From positions 1 to 56,947 of the forward strand of contig CAMYNX010000004.1 of NCBI GenBank assembly GCA_947259875.1: a stretch of DNA of 56,947 nucleotides, in the 5' to 3' direction. The DNA comes from an uncultured Gammaproteobacteria bacterium (lineage in GTDB: Bacteria; Pseudomonadota; Gammaproteobacteria; Arenicellales; JAANXG01). The notes under the pieces were generated by a model. The model did no database searches. It was given only the letters and a program-made list of their open reading frames with translations, and had not been told where the DNA came from. This document shows, one piece after another, positions 20,051 to 28,935 of this stretch (its first letter is position 1; every line of letters begins with the position of its first letter). The position numbers and the translations under genes are program-made.

Positions 20051-20845
20051 TCATTGGTGTTTCTTCAGTAATTGAACCAGCTGGGCGTTAGCTTTATGTT
20101 CCGCGATGGCCCCAGGCGTGTTTCCATCAATGTCCGCAGCCTTTGCTTCGATACCCCGGTTAAGCAGCGCAGCCGCGATATCGGTCGCGCCTGCAATGGC
20201 AGCGATGTGCAGGGCGTTCTGGCCATGCTGGTTACGGGCATTGAGATCTATCTCGGTTTGAACGATCAAGCTGTTAACGATCGCTTGATTACCGGAGCCG
20301 GCAGCGCGCATCAGTGGCGTCCACCCCAGCACATCTCGTACATTCGGATCGGCCCGATTCTGCAACAGAAAATCCACCATTGTGGTACGCCCTTTGAGGA
20401 CTGCGACCATCAGCGCAGTCCACCCTTTACCGGCGCGGTGATTAATGTCGGTGCCGTGTTCGATGAGAAGCTCAGCGGCTTGGCGCTGACCGTATTGGGC
20501 CGCGTACATCAGCGCGTTGCCGCTTGAGCGATTGACCTGATTTACGTCGGCGCCCAACGCGAAAAGACGGCGCATCAGCGTAATATCACCCTCGGCCGCT
20601 GCCAGCATCAATGCCGTCTTGCCGTAGCGCGCGCCGGTGTTGACGTCGATGCCGTTTTCAGCGAGTTGTCTTAGCGCAGCGACGTCAGAGTTTCTTATCG
20701 CCTCCCGCCAGTGGTCAATTTTCTGGTCGGCGATGGCCGATCCGCCGATCAACATCAGCGTAGTTAGCCCGCATATTGCACCAAGGCGGCGAAAACAAGG
20801 GTTAAGTATGTTTTTTGAAGAAGGAATTCGATCAATACCTGGCAT
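20051..20845 (-). CDS. Periplasmic ankyrin-repeat protein
   Basis: 264 aa. Signal peptide ending AIA-DQ. About six ankyrin units (..GKTALMLAAAEGDITLMRRLFALGADVN.., ..GWTALMVAVLKGRTTMVDFLLQNRADPN.. and others). Confidence 0.8.
   Translation of the reverse strand: MPGIDRIPSSKNILNPCFRRLGAICGLTTLMLIGGSAIADQKIDHWREAIRNSDVAALRQLAENGIDVNTGARYGKTALMLAAAEGDITLMRRLFALGADVNQVNRSSGNALMYAAQYGQRQAAELLIEHGTDINHRAGKGWTALMVAVLKGRTTMVDFLLQNRADPNVRDVLGWTPLMRAAGSGNQAIVNSLIVQTEIDLNARNQHGQNALHIAAIAGATDIAAALLNRGIEAKAADIDGNTPGAIAEHKANAQLVQLLKKHQ
20765..20786 (+). repeat. Solo end of the MITE-like repeat, inside the ankyrin signal-peptide coding region
   Basis: AGCCCGCATATTGCACCAAGG: the 14-mer at 20773-20786 is identical to 8755-8768. 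The flank GCGGGCT (read on the opposite strand) matches the extended end consensus. Confidence 0.6.
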
Positions 20846-20850
20846 AACGG

Positions 20851-21082
20851 TTTGTGCCCAAATAGGTGCCTATCCCAGCCCTGACTCGGTCTTGAACACC
20901 TGAACTTGCGCTTCACTCAACGCATGGCTACGGCGATGCATTTCGCTCCGGCGCGGCGCTTGTCCCCGCACAACAGGGGGCTTGTCCCTGCACAGCGGGG
21001 GAACCAGCCACCCGACCCTGCGACTCCGCGCAGCACGAGTCCGTTCGCCATCATCCGGGACCCTAGGCGCAATAGACGGGCT
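20851..21082 (+). repeat. MITE-like repeat, near full-length copy (modules 1 and 3, degenerate left end)
   Basis: CTATCCCAGCC..GGTCTTGAACACCTGAACTTGCGCTTCAC (module 1). The 22-bp tandem GCTTGTCCCCGCACAACAGGGG/GCTTGTCCCTGCACAGCGGGGG, then ..CTGCGACTCCGCGCAGCACGAGTCCGTTCGCCATCATCCGGGACCCTAGGCGCAATAGACGGGCT, aligns base for base with 8771-9012. Confidence 0.75.
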
Positions 21083-21182
21083 AGGATAACAATTCCTCGG
21101 GGCAGGCATTTGCGTATCGCAATGGGATCTCGGACGAGAACGCGGCCTGTGTCAAGTTGCGTCCAATTATTAAGGATAGTCA

Positions 21183-21947
21183 TTACGACGGGCTCATGAC
21201 CCAGGGAAGAATCTTTTCGCCGAATCTTTGACGCAGGGTGTCAATCTCTGACGCATAGGTCTCGTAGAGATAGTTACGATATGGCGGTCGCAGCGGAATC
21301 TGCATTCCTCTATTGATGACCTCTTGTAATCCGAGCTGTTGGTAATCTAATTTTGCTTCAGCGCCGATATGCCGAAAGACATTTCTCAATAATGACGCTG
21401 GATCGTTCTTGATGTCATCGAAAAAGCAAATATGAAATTGATCTTCACTGAAAAATTTCAACCAGTTGTCAATTACCGTACTATATTTCATTTGCACCTT
21501 ATTCAGCATGCCCGTCAACTCAGCTTCGTCTAACTGCTCGAATCGCCTACCCGTATCGCGCAATAGCGCCACGAGTGCCTCCGACCAGGCCCGCTCGATG
21601 GGGTCGCGCAAAATCAGTATCAACCGGACCTGCGGCATGAGATCGCGAATGCACTGGATCCGGCTCTCGGACAAAGTGCAGTAATGAGGGGATTTCTCCC
21701 CCTTGATTCGATCGCCGCCGGGTTTGAACAAGTCTGAATAATAAGATAACGGTTTGTGAAAATACTTCGTAAAGTACTTGACCTCCCCGGAGTGTTCACC
21801 GCGCGCCAGGAACACCTGAGGATGCTTCTTCATCCGGCTGGCGAGCCACCAAGTCCCGGATTTAGGGGCGCCGATTATCAAGAAGTCCGGTAATGTGTAA
21901 GCAGCTTCAGGCATATGCGAATGGTCGCGGGCTAGGATCAGGGCCAA
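21183..21947 (-). CDS. PAPS-dependent sulfotransferase family protein
   Basis: 254 aa. 5'-PSB motif LPDFLIIGAPKSGTWWL and 3'-PB motif LILRDPIERAWSE. Confidence 0.8.
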   Translation of the reverse strand: MALILARDHSHMPEAAYTLPDFLIIGAPKSGTWWLASRMKKHPQVFLARGEHSGEVKYFTKYFHKPLSYYSDLFKPGGDRIKGEKSPHYCTLSESRIQCIRDLMPQVRLILILRDPIERAWSEALVALLRDTGRRFEQLDEAELTGMLNKVQMKYSTVIDNWLKFFSEDQFHICFFDDIKNDPASLLRNVFRHIGAEAKLDYQQLGLQEVINRGMQIPLRPPYRNYLYETYASEIDTLRQRFGEKILPWVMSPS

Positions 21948-22089
21948 CCTGGGAGTCTATTATCGCAGCTGTCGGGTTTCATCGCTCGTGTACAACGGTG
22001 CCTCAAAATCAAAACCGACGCTGTCTAATCTCGACCGCGGCATGCAAGCTCTTGGCGGCTCATGAACCCGACGTTGCCGGGCAGGCGTA

Positions 22090-22992
22090 TCATAGGCTTC
22101 CTTGTTCGTAGTCTTGGAACGCTTGCAAGATCTCGGCCTTGGTGTTCATGACGAACGGGCCGCCACGGGCGACCGGCTCGTTCAAGCGCTTACCCGCGAT
22201 CAGCAAGAACCGGCTGCGGAGTTCGTTACCGATGATCTGTACGCGATCTCCATCACCCAACACCGCCAATGCCCGCTCATCGACAACTTGATTGTGCGCC
22301 GTGTCGTCGCCTACTATTTGGATAGAGCCTCCAATCACGTATACAAACACATTGTGTGCAGGCGGTACCGGTTCAACAAACGCACCGTTGGCATCCAAGC
22401 TCACATCCAAGTACAAAGGTTCGGTCGGGACATGTTTGACCGGACTGGCTGTCCCGCTCGAGGTGCGGCCCGCCACCACCCGCACCTCGGTGCCATCCTT
22501 ACGTTGCTCTAAGGGAATCGCATTCTTTGGAAACTCCTGGTAACCAGGCTCCGACATCTTGAGTGCTTGAGGCAGATTCACCCACAGTTGGAAACCCTCG
22601 AGCAAGCCGTCTTCCTGTTCCGGCATCTCTGAGTGCACGATACCTTTTGCGGCAGTCATCCACTGTACCCCGCCGGACTCGATGACACCGCTGTGCCCGC
22701 GACTGTCTTCGTGACGCATGCGCCCATTCAGCAGATAGGTTACGGTTTCGAACCCGCGATGGGGATGTGGTGGAAAACCGGCGATATAGTCGTGGGCTTC
22801 GTCCGAGCGAAATACGTCGAACAGCAAAAACGGGTCCAGCATGTTCAGCTCGTTGGACCCCATTAAGCGCGTGAGTTTGACGCCGGCACCGTCGGAAGTC
22901 GCTAATCCGTTCGTTACCTGCACCACTGGGCGGCCCACACCGTCTGTTTGTTCAAGATGCATCTTCGGGGTCCTCATATTATCTGTGTGCAT
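22090..22992 (-). CDS. Pirin family protein (bicupin)
   Basis: 300-aa ORF. ..GFPPHPHRGFETVTYLLNGRMRHEDSRGHSGVI..GGVQWMTAAKGIVHSE.. is the pirin metal-binding cupin. The start may be a downstream Met. Confidence 0.85.
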   Translation of the reverse strand: MHTDNMRTPKMHLEQTDGVGRPVVQVTNGLATSDGAGVKLTRLMGSNELNMLDPFLLFDVFRSDEAHDYIAGFPPHPHRGFETVTYLLNGRMRHEDSRGHSGVIESGGVQWMTAAKGIVHSEMPEQEDGLLEGFQLWVNLPQALKMSEPGYQEFPKNAIPLEQRKDGTEVRVVAGRTSSGTASPVKHVPTEPLYLDVSLDANGAFVEPVPPAHNVFVYVIGGSIQIVGDDTAHNQVVDERALAVLGDGDRVQIIGNELRSRFLLIAGKRLNEPVARGGPFVMNTKAEILQAFQDYEQGSL

Positions 22993-23118
22993 GTTCGGGG
23001 GTTATCGAGTGATAGCGCCCCGGCGCCGTTGGCAACATGGAATCGCATAAGAGTAAGATGGTTTGTATGGTTCAATCCCTCCCAACTGAGATCATCGCCT
23101 CCAACGTGGATACTTACC

Positions 23119-23430
23119 CTAATGGATATGGACGGCCAACCATAGACACTGCGGTGTGTCCGAGGTCCAAACCACCCGGTGCGGTGTGCGAGCGGGTAAA
23201 AAGAGGCTGTCACCTGCCGACAAGGATATCAATTCGCCATCTAAATCCAGACGTGCGTTGCCCTGCATGAGTATCACCCACTCATCTTGTTCTTGATCAT
23301 AGGCGACAGGTTCACGATGGGCCGAGCTAACAATTCTCTCGATTACTACGTTACGGCATTTAAGTAACTGATCGAAGCGCTCACCGTGTTGCGGTAGCCC
23401 GCCGATGAGGAAAAAGTTGAGTGGTTTCAT
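23119..23430 (-). CDS. Small cupin-domain protein
   Basis: 103 aa. ..DEWVILMQGNARLDLDGELISLSAGDSLFLPARTPHRV.. is a single cupin barrel pattern. Confidence 0.65.
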   Translation of the reverse strand: MKPLNFFLIGGLPQHGERFDQLLKCRNVVIERIVSSAHREPVAYDQEQDEWVILMQGNARLDLDGELISLSAGDSLFLPARTPHRVVWTSDTPQCLWLAVHIH

Positions 23431-23457
23431 ATTAACCGCCTCGGTGCAATATACGGG

Positions 23458-23964
23458 TTAAATGTCTACGAATTCCGGGTCCTCTGGTGTCGGCACTACT
23501 CGCCATTCCTGTGCTACGGGGTCAAACTCCGCGATCTGTTTAAGGGGTTGCTTGAGATATTTTCCTTTGCCCTGCACAGCGATGCTTCCGTCTTCTAATA
23601 ACAACTCGCCCTCGCCGTCAAAGAAACGTCTATTCTCCGATACGATACGGGCGACCACTCGTAGCTCTTGTGTAAGGGGTATGGGTTTTTTGAAGCGTAC
23701 AGATAATTCGACGGTGACTCCCCAAATCTCTGTTTCGTTGTCGATCATAATGGCCCGTCCAATGGTCTCATCGAGAATCGTTGATGCGATGCCGCCATGA
23801 AGTCTGCCTGGATAACTTTGGTGCTGTATTAATGGGTTGAAAACAGCAAGAAGTTCCTTATTGTCGAGTTCGTAAAAGACACCTTTGAGACCCAACTCGT
23901 TCTTGAGCCCGCACACCAGGCACATCTTTGAATTGGGTTGTTTGCGTTTTATCTTGTACCGCAC
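23458..23964 (-). CDS. PaaI/hotdog-fold thioesterase with N-terminal Cys motif
   Basis: 168-aa ORF. MCLVCGLKN then ..YPGRLHGGIASTILDETIGRA.. is typical of the PaaI/4HBT type. The real start is possibly the ATG of MCLVCG. Confidence 0.7.
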   Translation of the reverse strand: MRYKIKRKQPNSKMCLVCGLKNELGLKGVFYELDNKELLAVFNPLIQHQSYPGRLHGGIASTILDETIGRAIMIDNETEIWGVTVELSVRFKKPIPLTQELRVVARIVSENRRFFDGEGELLLEDGSIAVQGKGKYLKQPLKQIAEFDPVAQEWRVVPTPEDPEFVDI

Positions 23965-24028
23965 ATTGTAAACCCCGTTAATTGAGGTTCCTTACTGTAA
24001 CCCAAAACGCTAACCCCCGTAGCGGTGC

Positions 24029-24502
24029 TCAATCAGACCGTGACGCATCGGCGAGGATTTTGCGAATATCCCGGCCCCAGGTTTCGAATACACCCGCGAC
24101 ATCTTTTCCTCGATAAAATCTGGCGAGTGTCGATGGATTGGCCGCGAGCAGTACAACGTTATCACCTTCTTGGTAAATGATGATTTTTAGCGGCAAAAAG
24201 GGCAACAATTCAGGCTGTGCCACGCTGAGAAAGCGAATTTGTTCAGGTTTGCCAAAAAAAACGATCCGATAGGGAGGGATGTCATAGCCACGCTTGCGCA
24301 GACCATAATCAACCCGCTGTACGCGCGAGAACCGGTAACCATTCGCCTCGATGGCACGTTGCAGCTTCATCATTGCCTCGGGATAAGGGTCCTGTGACTG
24401 GGCGTGCAGCATGGCTGAATCGGATGCCGATGCGACAGCGAAATATAGGCTCATCACACACAGTGCCAACCCGGCAAGGATACGCCGCGGTAATCCCATC
24501 AC
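24029..24502 (-). CDS. DUF302 domain protein, secreted
   Basis: 157 aa, signal peptide LAGLALCVMSLYFAVASA. ..NGYRFSRVQRVDYGL..IVFFGKPEQ..LPLKIIIYQEGD.. fits DUF302. Confidence 0.65.
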   Translation of the reverse strand: MMGLPRRILAGLALCVMSLYFAVASASDSAMLHAQSQDPYPEAMMKLQRAIEANGYRFSRVQRVDYGLRKRGYDIPPYRIVFFGKPEQIRFLSVAQPELLPFLPLKIIIYQEGDNVVLLAANPSTLARFYRGKDVAGVFETWGRDIRKILADASRSD

Positions 24503-25008
24503 AGTGTGCCCTCTTCGAGAATAGCTTGATAGGCCTGATGTAGATGATCACAGGCTGGTGCTAGATCAGGATTTCCCAGGTAAGCAGCACTCACCAACTT
24601 GGAATTGGGGGCGATCACATACACGCCGTCGTCTCGTTGCGTGACGTTCACCTGGCAGGGCAGAAACACGCCGACGCGCTTGTCGACCTGTAACGCGTCA
24701 TACAACATGTCGAAGTTGCAAAAGTACAGAATTCGCTGCTGCCGATCTTCCTCGTTTTGGTCGACCAGTCCAAAATCAACGGTCTGTTCACGTATCACGC
24801 GGAAGTTGTTACCTTCGGCCGCAGCCTTGAGCCGGGTGAGGGTTGTTTCCAGATCGTAGGGTGATTTCGCGACCAGCACCGGGGGTGCGTCAGCCGCATT
24901 AACGGGCGACGCCGCAGCGGGCCAAATAGTAGTCAGTGTAACCAGGGCCGCCACCAGCAAGGTGATGGCGGCGGGCGAACCAGGGATCAGTTTTCTTAAG
25001 ACAAACAT
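24499..25008 (-). CDS. DUF302 domain protein, secreted (paralogue of 24029..24502)
   Basis: 169 aa, signal peptide. ..NNFRVIREQTVDFGL..ILYFCNFDM..VGVFLPCQVNVTQRDDGVYV... Its stop overlaps the next start by 4 nt. Confidence 0.65.
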   Translation of the reverse strand: MFVLRKLIPGSPAAITLLVAALVTLTTIWPAAASPVNAADAPPVLVAKSPYDLETTLTRLKAAAEGNNFRVIREQTVDFGLVDQNEEDRQQRILYFCNFDMLYDALQVDKRVGVFLPCQVNVTQRDDGVYVIAPNSKLVSAAYLGNPDLAPACDHLHQAYQAILEEGTL

Positions 25009-25427
25009 GTTGTACGTTCCTGTGGGTGGATTGTCACGATGGGTAACAGCGGATGGTCACATGGGACACGTTCCGTCAGACGTATAAGAATATAACGAAA
25101 TACTTATTAAATTACCAGGCTATTCACGAATTTTTACAATTTATTCATAAACTTATAGTTTCAATGAAAAACCACGGATCCCCACAGGCACCGCGGCTAA
25201 GGCGGGAGAGTTCGAGGTGGAGAGCGCCCCGACGATGAACCATTTGCTGTTTGTCATGCCTGATGCCGGTCCGCGGTGGCGGCCGGTAGCTACGCGATGC
25301 GTTCGCCAGTGTCGTCAATCAGTGGTCCCCGAATTGGTCACTGGTTATTGTCGATGATCACAGCTTCGGCTGCGTATCACGGTCAATGCTTGTTGGGGCC
25401 CACCGTTCCCAAATGAAGACGCGGAGT

Positions 25428-26552
25428 TTAGTTGATGCCGTTGAGGTCCGTTTCCAACTCAGCGATCAAATGCTTGGCGATCGCCTTGAACGAACCGGTC
25501 TTTTCGTAAACCTTCCTTTGATGCACATAACTCGGACCATGGTCGATGTGGTCTTGGAGTTCGTCAAAATATGATTCCTGGCGCAGTTCGTCGGCGATGG
25601 GTTTGGTTGCCTGCATAACATGTTGACAAAGCTCGCGCATCGGCACCAAGGTGCCCCGTATATCGTGGATATATTTTGCGTCTAGGCCTTGTTTCGACGC
25701 TTGAAAATGGTTGTGTTTCTCGATCCACCAGTGCAAGGCGTGTGGGAATAACGGCGGGCGGCGGGTTTGTGGTGTGGTGCGAAGATAGGTCACCAGGGCG
25801 CGCAGAAATCCAGCGAGAGTCAGCGCCAGGGTAACGCTGGGTTGTGCATCCATGACCCTAATCTCGAGGGTGCCCAGATGCGGCCGTGGCCGAATGTCCC
25901 AGTGGATGTCATTGATGGTGCTGAACACCCCGGCCCGGGACGTGGTCTCGAAGAAGTTGGAAAAATCATCCCAGGTGTCGAAAGAAGGCGGGATGCCATA
26001 GCTTCGCGTCGCTGCCAAAATACGATGACGGTAGGCGGCGAAGCCGGTGTCAAAGCCTCGCCAGAACGGTGAGCTAGCCGACACCGCGATCAGCAACGGC
26101 AACAATGCCTTGAGCTCGTGCATCAGGGAGGTGGCCTCGTCACCGGATGTCATGCCAAGATGTACATGGGTGGCGAAGGTAATTTGATTATGTCCAACAT
26201 AGCCCGCCGATTTCTCCAACTGCCGATAACGAGGCATCGGTGTGATGAGGGCGAGCCGCTCGCCAAAGGGGTGGGTGCCTGCACTGCACAGCAGCATATC
26301 CAATTGCTTACAGGTGTTTTGTAAATTCCTTAGCAAAGCCCGCATGTGGGCACCGAGTTCGTCGATACTGCCACATATCTTTGAGCACACCTCAACCGTA
26401 TTCTGATTGAACTCCGGCTTGATGTGAGGATCGTTGGGATAAAAGTCCATCAATGGAAGAATGCCATCGACGAGATCGAGAGTTTCGACGTCGAGCAGTT
26501 GGAATTCCATCTCCATGCCTATCCACGAAGGATTTGAGGGCGTGAACTCCAT
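25428..26552 (-). CDS. ybdK: Carboxylate-amine ligase YbdK (glutamate-cysteine ligase family 2)
   Basis: 374 aa. ..IGMEMEFQLLD.., ..GTHPF.., ..THVHLG.. and IHWDIRPRPHLGTLEIRVMDAQP match E. coli YbdK blocks ([20 protein letters not shown]). Confidence 0.85.
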   Translation of the reverse strand: MEFTPSNPSWIGMEMEFQLLDVETLDLVDGILPLMDFYPNDPHIKPEFNQNTVEVCSKICGSIDELGAHMRALLRNLQNTCKQLDMLLCSAGTHPFGERLALITPMPRYRQLEKSAGYVGHNQITFATHVHLGMTSGDEATSLMHELKALLPLLIAVSASSPFWRGFDTGFAAYRHRILAATRSYGIPPSFDTWDDFSNFFETTSRAGVFSTINDIHWDIRPRPHLGTLEIRVMDAQPSVTLALTLAGFLRALVTYLRTTPQTRRPPLFPHALHWWIEKHNHFQASKQGLDAKYIHDIRGTLVPMRELCQHVMQATKPIADELRQESYFDELQDHIDHGPSYVHQRKVYEKTGSFKAIAKHLIAELETDLNGIN

Positions 26553-26558
26553 AGGTCA

Positions 26559-27752
26559 TTAGGCTTGGTATTGTCGCGTAGATTCGCGAACCACTTCGTC
26601 GAAGAAGGCGGCGCCCACTTTCAGTACTTGCTCGTCAACGTCAAATGCGGGGCTGTGGAGCGGGATGTATTCTTGTTCTTCCGGACGTGCTCCGAAGCGT
26701 ACATAACAACCGGGAATCTCATGTAGAAAATACGAGAAGTCCTCGGAGCCCATACTGGGGTGGTCCATCGCCATGAGACCTTGTTCCCCTACAACGTTGC
26801 GCGCCGCTTGATACGCAATGCGGGTCTCATGATGGGTGTTTACAACCGGTGGGTACCCTTCGCTGATGCTGATATCAATATTGGCGTTATGCAGTTCCCC
26901 CAGCGCCCGCGCCATGCGCTTGAGTCCATCGTGCAGATGAACGCGCACCGCGGGCAGGGTGCTGCGGATCGAACCTTCCAGGATAGCCTCCTCGGCGATG
27001 ACATTGGGTGCGCTGCCGGCATGAATGGTTCCAATCGTGACTACCGACGGATACACGGGGTTGATTTCCCGCGATACCAGGGTTTGTATCGCGGTGATGA
27101 GTAGACCCGTTGTCACCACGGCATCGGTGGCTTCATGGGGCCGTGCACCATGGCCGCCTCTGCCTTTGACCTGAATCCGGAACCGATCCGACTGAGCCGT
27201 GATTACTCCCTCGGCCACCATAATCTCGCCGACCCGGTAATGATGGGTGACATGCCCGCCGAAGATCGCGTTGACATCCGCCAGCACGCCCGAATTGATT
27301 ACCACACGCGACCCACCGCCGCGTTCTTCGGCGGGTTGAAATACGAACAAGACATCACAGTCCGGGGGTGATTGCGTTAGCAACTCGGCCGCGCCGAGAA
27401 CCATGGCCATGTGGGCGTCGTGTCCGCATGCGTGCATCCTGCCTTCGAAGGTGGAGGCGAACGGTAGATCGGTATTTTCCGCCCCCGGCAACGCATCCAT
27501 TTCCGCGCGCAGCGCGAACGTAGGGGCCGACGCACGATCGGTCACCAGACGTCCGATTACCGCGCCGCCGGGACCACCGTACTCGTAGCTAATGCCGATG
27601 CGTTCGAGTTCCGCGATGATGGTTTTTGCCGTTCGTGCTTCTTCGAACGCCAGTTCCGGATGGCGGTGGAAATTACGTCTGAGTTTAACCGCTTGCGGGT
27701 AAATCGTCTCGGCTTGTTGAATCGTTGCCATAGCAAGCTCCCAAATAAGCAT
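26559..27752 (-). CDS. M20D-family amidohydrolase (N-acyl-amino acid / hippurate hydrolase type)
   Basis: 397-aa ORF. ..LRRNFHRHPELAFEE.., ..MHACGHDAHMAMVLGAA.., ..VLFVFQPAEE... It ends 6 nt before the ybdK start. Confidence 0.85.
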   Translation of the reverse strand: MLIWELAMATIQQAETIYPQAVKLRRNFHRHPELAFEEARTAKTIIAELERIGISYEYGGPGGAVIGRLVTDRASAPTFALRAEMDALPGAENTDLPFASTFEGRMHACGHDAHMAMVLGAAELLTQSPPDCDVLFVFQPAEERGGGSRVVINSGVLADVNAIFGGHVTHHYRVGEIMVAEGVITAQSDRFRIQVKGRGGHGARPHEATDAVVTTGLLITAIQTLVSREINPVYPSVVTIGTIHAGSAPNVIAEEAILEGSIRSTLPAVRVHLHDGLKRMARALGELHNANIDISISEGYPPVVNTHHETRIAYQAARNVVGEQGLMAMDHPSMGSEDFSYFLHEIPGCYVRFGARPEEQEYIPLHSPAFDVDEQVLKVGAAFFDEVVRESTRQYQA

Positions 27753-27940
27753 CTCACAAATCCCGGTGTGGCGAATTGATCGGTGTCAAACCTCCGGTAA
27801 ACGACACTCACACGGGGTCAACCGCCGATCCCATCTCCAAGGCGCCATGAGGGTGACCGGACCCGCGACGACGAGCGCGCTCGTTTCCAGCAATATGCAG
27901 GTGAGTTGTCGATGGGAACACATCTTGCGCTCGCCGACTT

Positions 27941-28789
27941 TCAGGATTGCCGACTGACGATCATATTTATCATCGCTTTGGTCAGCGGATGGTCGGCTTG
28001 CGCAAACCGGTCGGTGATGGAGAAGTGATGTTCGTCCGGTAGCTCGAGATAGCGTGTCGCTAGCCCCGCTCGCGTGAGCCGTTGCGCGTAATCCGACGAC
28101 TGCTGCAACCAAAGTTGTGGTTCTTCGGCGCCTGCGGTGACCAACGCGCGACAACGCACTCGGGGTTTCGCTGACATCACACTGTTGCGGGTCGCCATGT
28201 CTTGGGTAAGCTGAATCTCCTCATTCACCGAGAGATGTGGAACCGACGCGAGGTCGTAGATACCGCTGATGAGGCCAACCGCTTTGATCAGATCCATCGG
28301 CAATCCCTCACCCTCCCAGTCGTGATACAAGGTCATGGCGGCTAGGTGGGCGCCGGCGGAGTGTCCAGACAGGCTGATTCGATCGGGATCACCGCCGTAG
28401 CGGGGTGCGTGACGGTATATCCAGGCGACGCAATCCAGAATCTGTTGCACGATAACGTCCAGGGTGACCGCTGGGCATAAATCATAGTTAACGAGTATGG
28501 CGATTGCACCGGATGCGACGATCGGTTGCGCGATTTCGCTGTAGATGTCTTTGTCAAGACCGCGCCAGAACCCACCGTGTATGAAGACATGTATGGGCAG
28601 GTCCTTGCCGCGTGCTGAAAACACGTCCAGCGTCTGTAATGGGCCATCCCCGTAGCGTATATCGAGAACAGACGGGAGGCTCCGCCGTACCGCGAGACTA
28701 CGTGTCGCGGCATTATCGAGATAGGCTTGAAAGTCCGGCACCGCGGCCCTTGGATTCATCTGGGTTTCTAGGTCGATCGCATCAGACAT
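27941..28789 (-). CDS. Alpha/beta hydrolase, arylformamidase/esterase-like
   Basis: Start moved to MSDAIDLETQMNPRAAV (ATG 28789, GGGAGA upstream). HGGFW oxyanion motif and GHSAGAH nucleophile elbow. Confidence 0.7.
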   Translation of the reverse strand: MSDAIDLETQMNPRAAVPDFQAYLDNAATRSLAVRRSLPSVLDIRYGDGPLQTLDVFSARGKDLPIHVFIHGGFWRGLDKDIYSEIAQPIVASGAIAILVNYDLCPAVTLDVIVQQILDCVAWIYRHAPRYGGDPDRISLSGHSAGAHLAAMTLYHDWEGEGLPMDLIKAVGLISGIYDLASVPHLSVNEEIQLTQDMATRNSVMSAKPRVRCRALVTAGAEEPQLWLQQSSDYAQRLTRAGLATRYLELPDEHHFSITDRFAQADHPLTKAMINMIVSRQS

Positions 28790-28935
28790 GGTTATTCTCC
28801 CACATGATTTTGATGAACAGTGACAGCCAGCGCGCGATGACCCTAGGGCAAACGGTGGTGGTGACCGATTCGGGCAACGAGAGCCTGAGTCAACATCCCT
28901 TGGATCTGCTCGTAACGTGATCGGATTCGCAGAGG

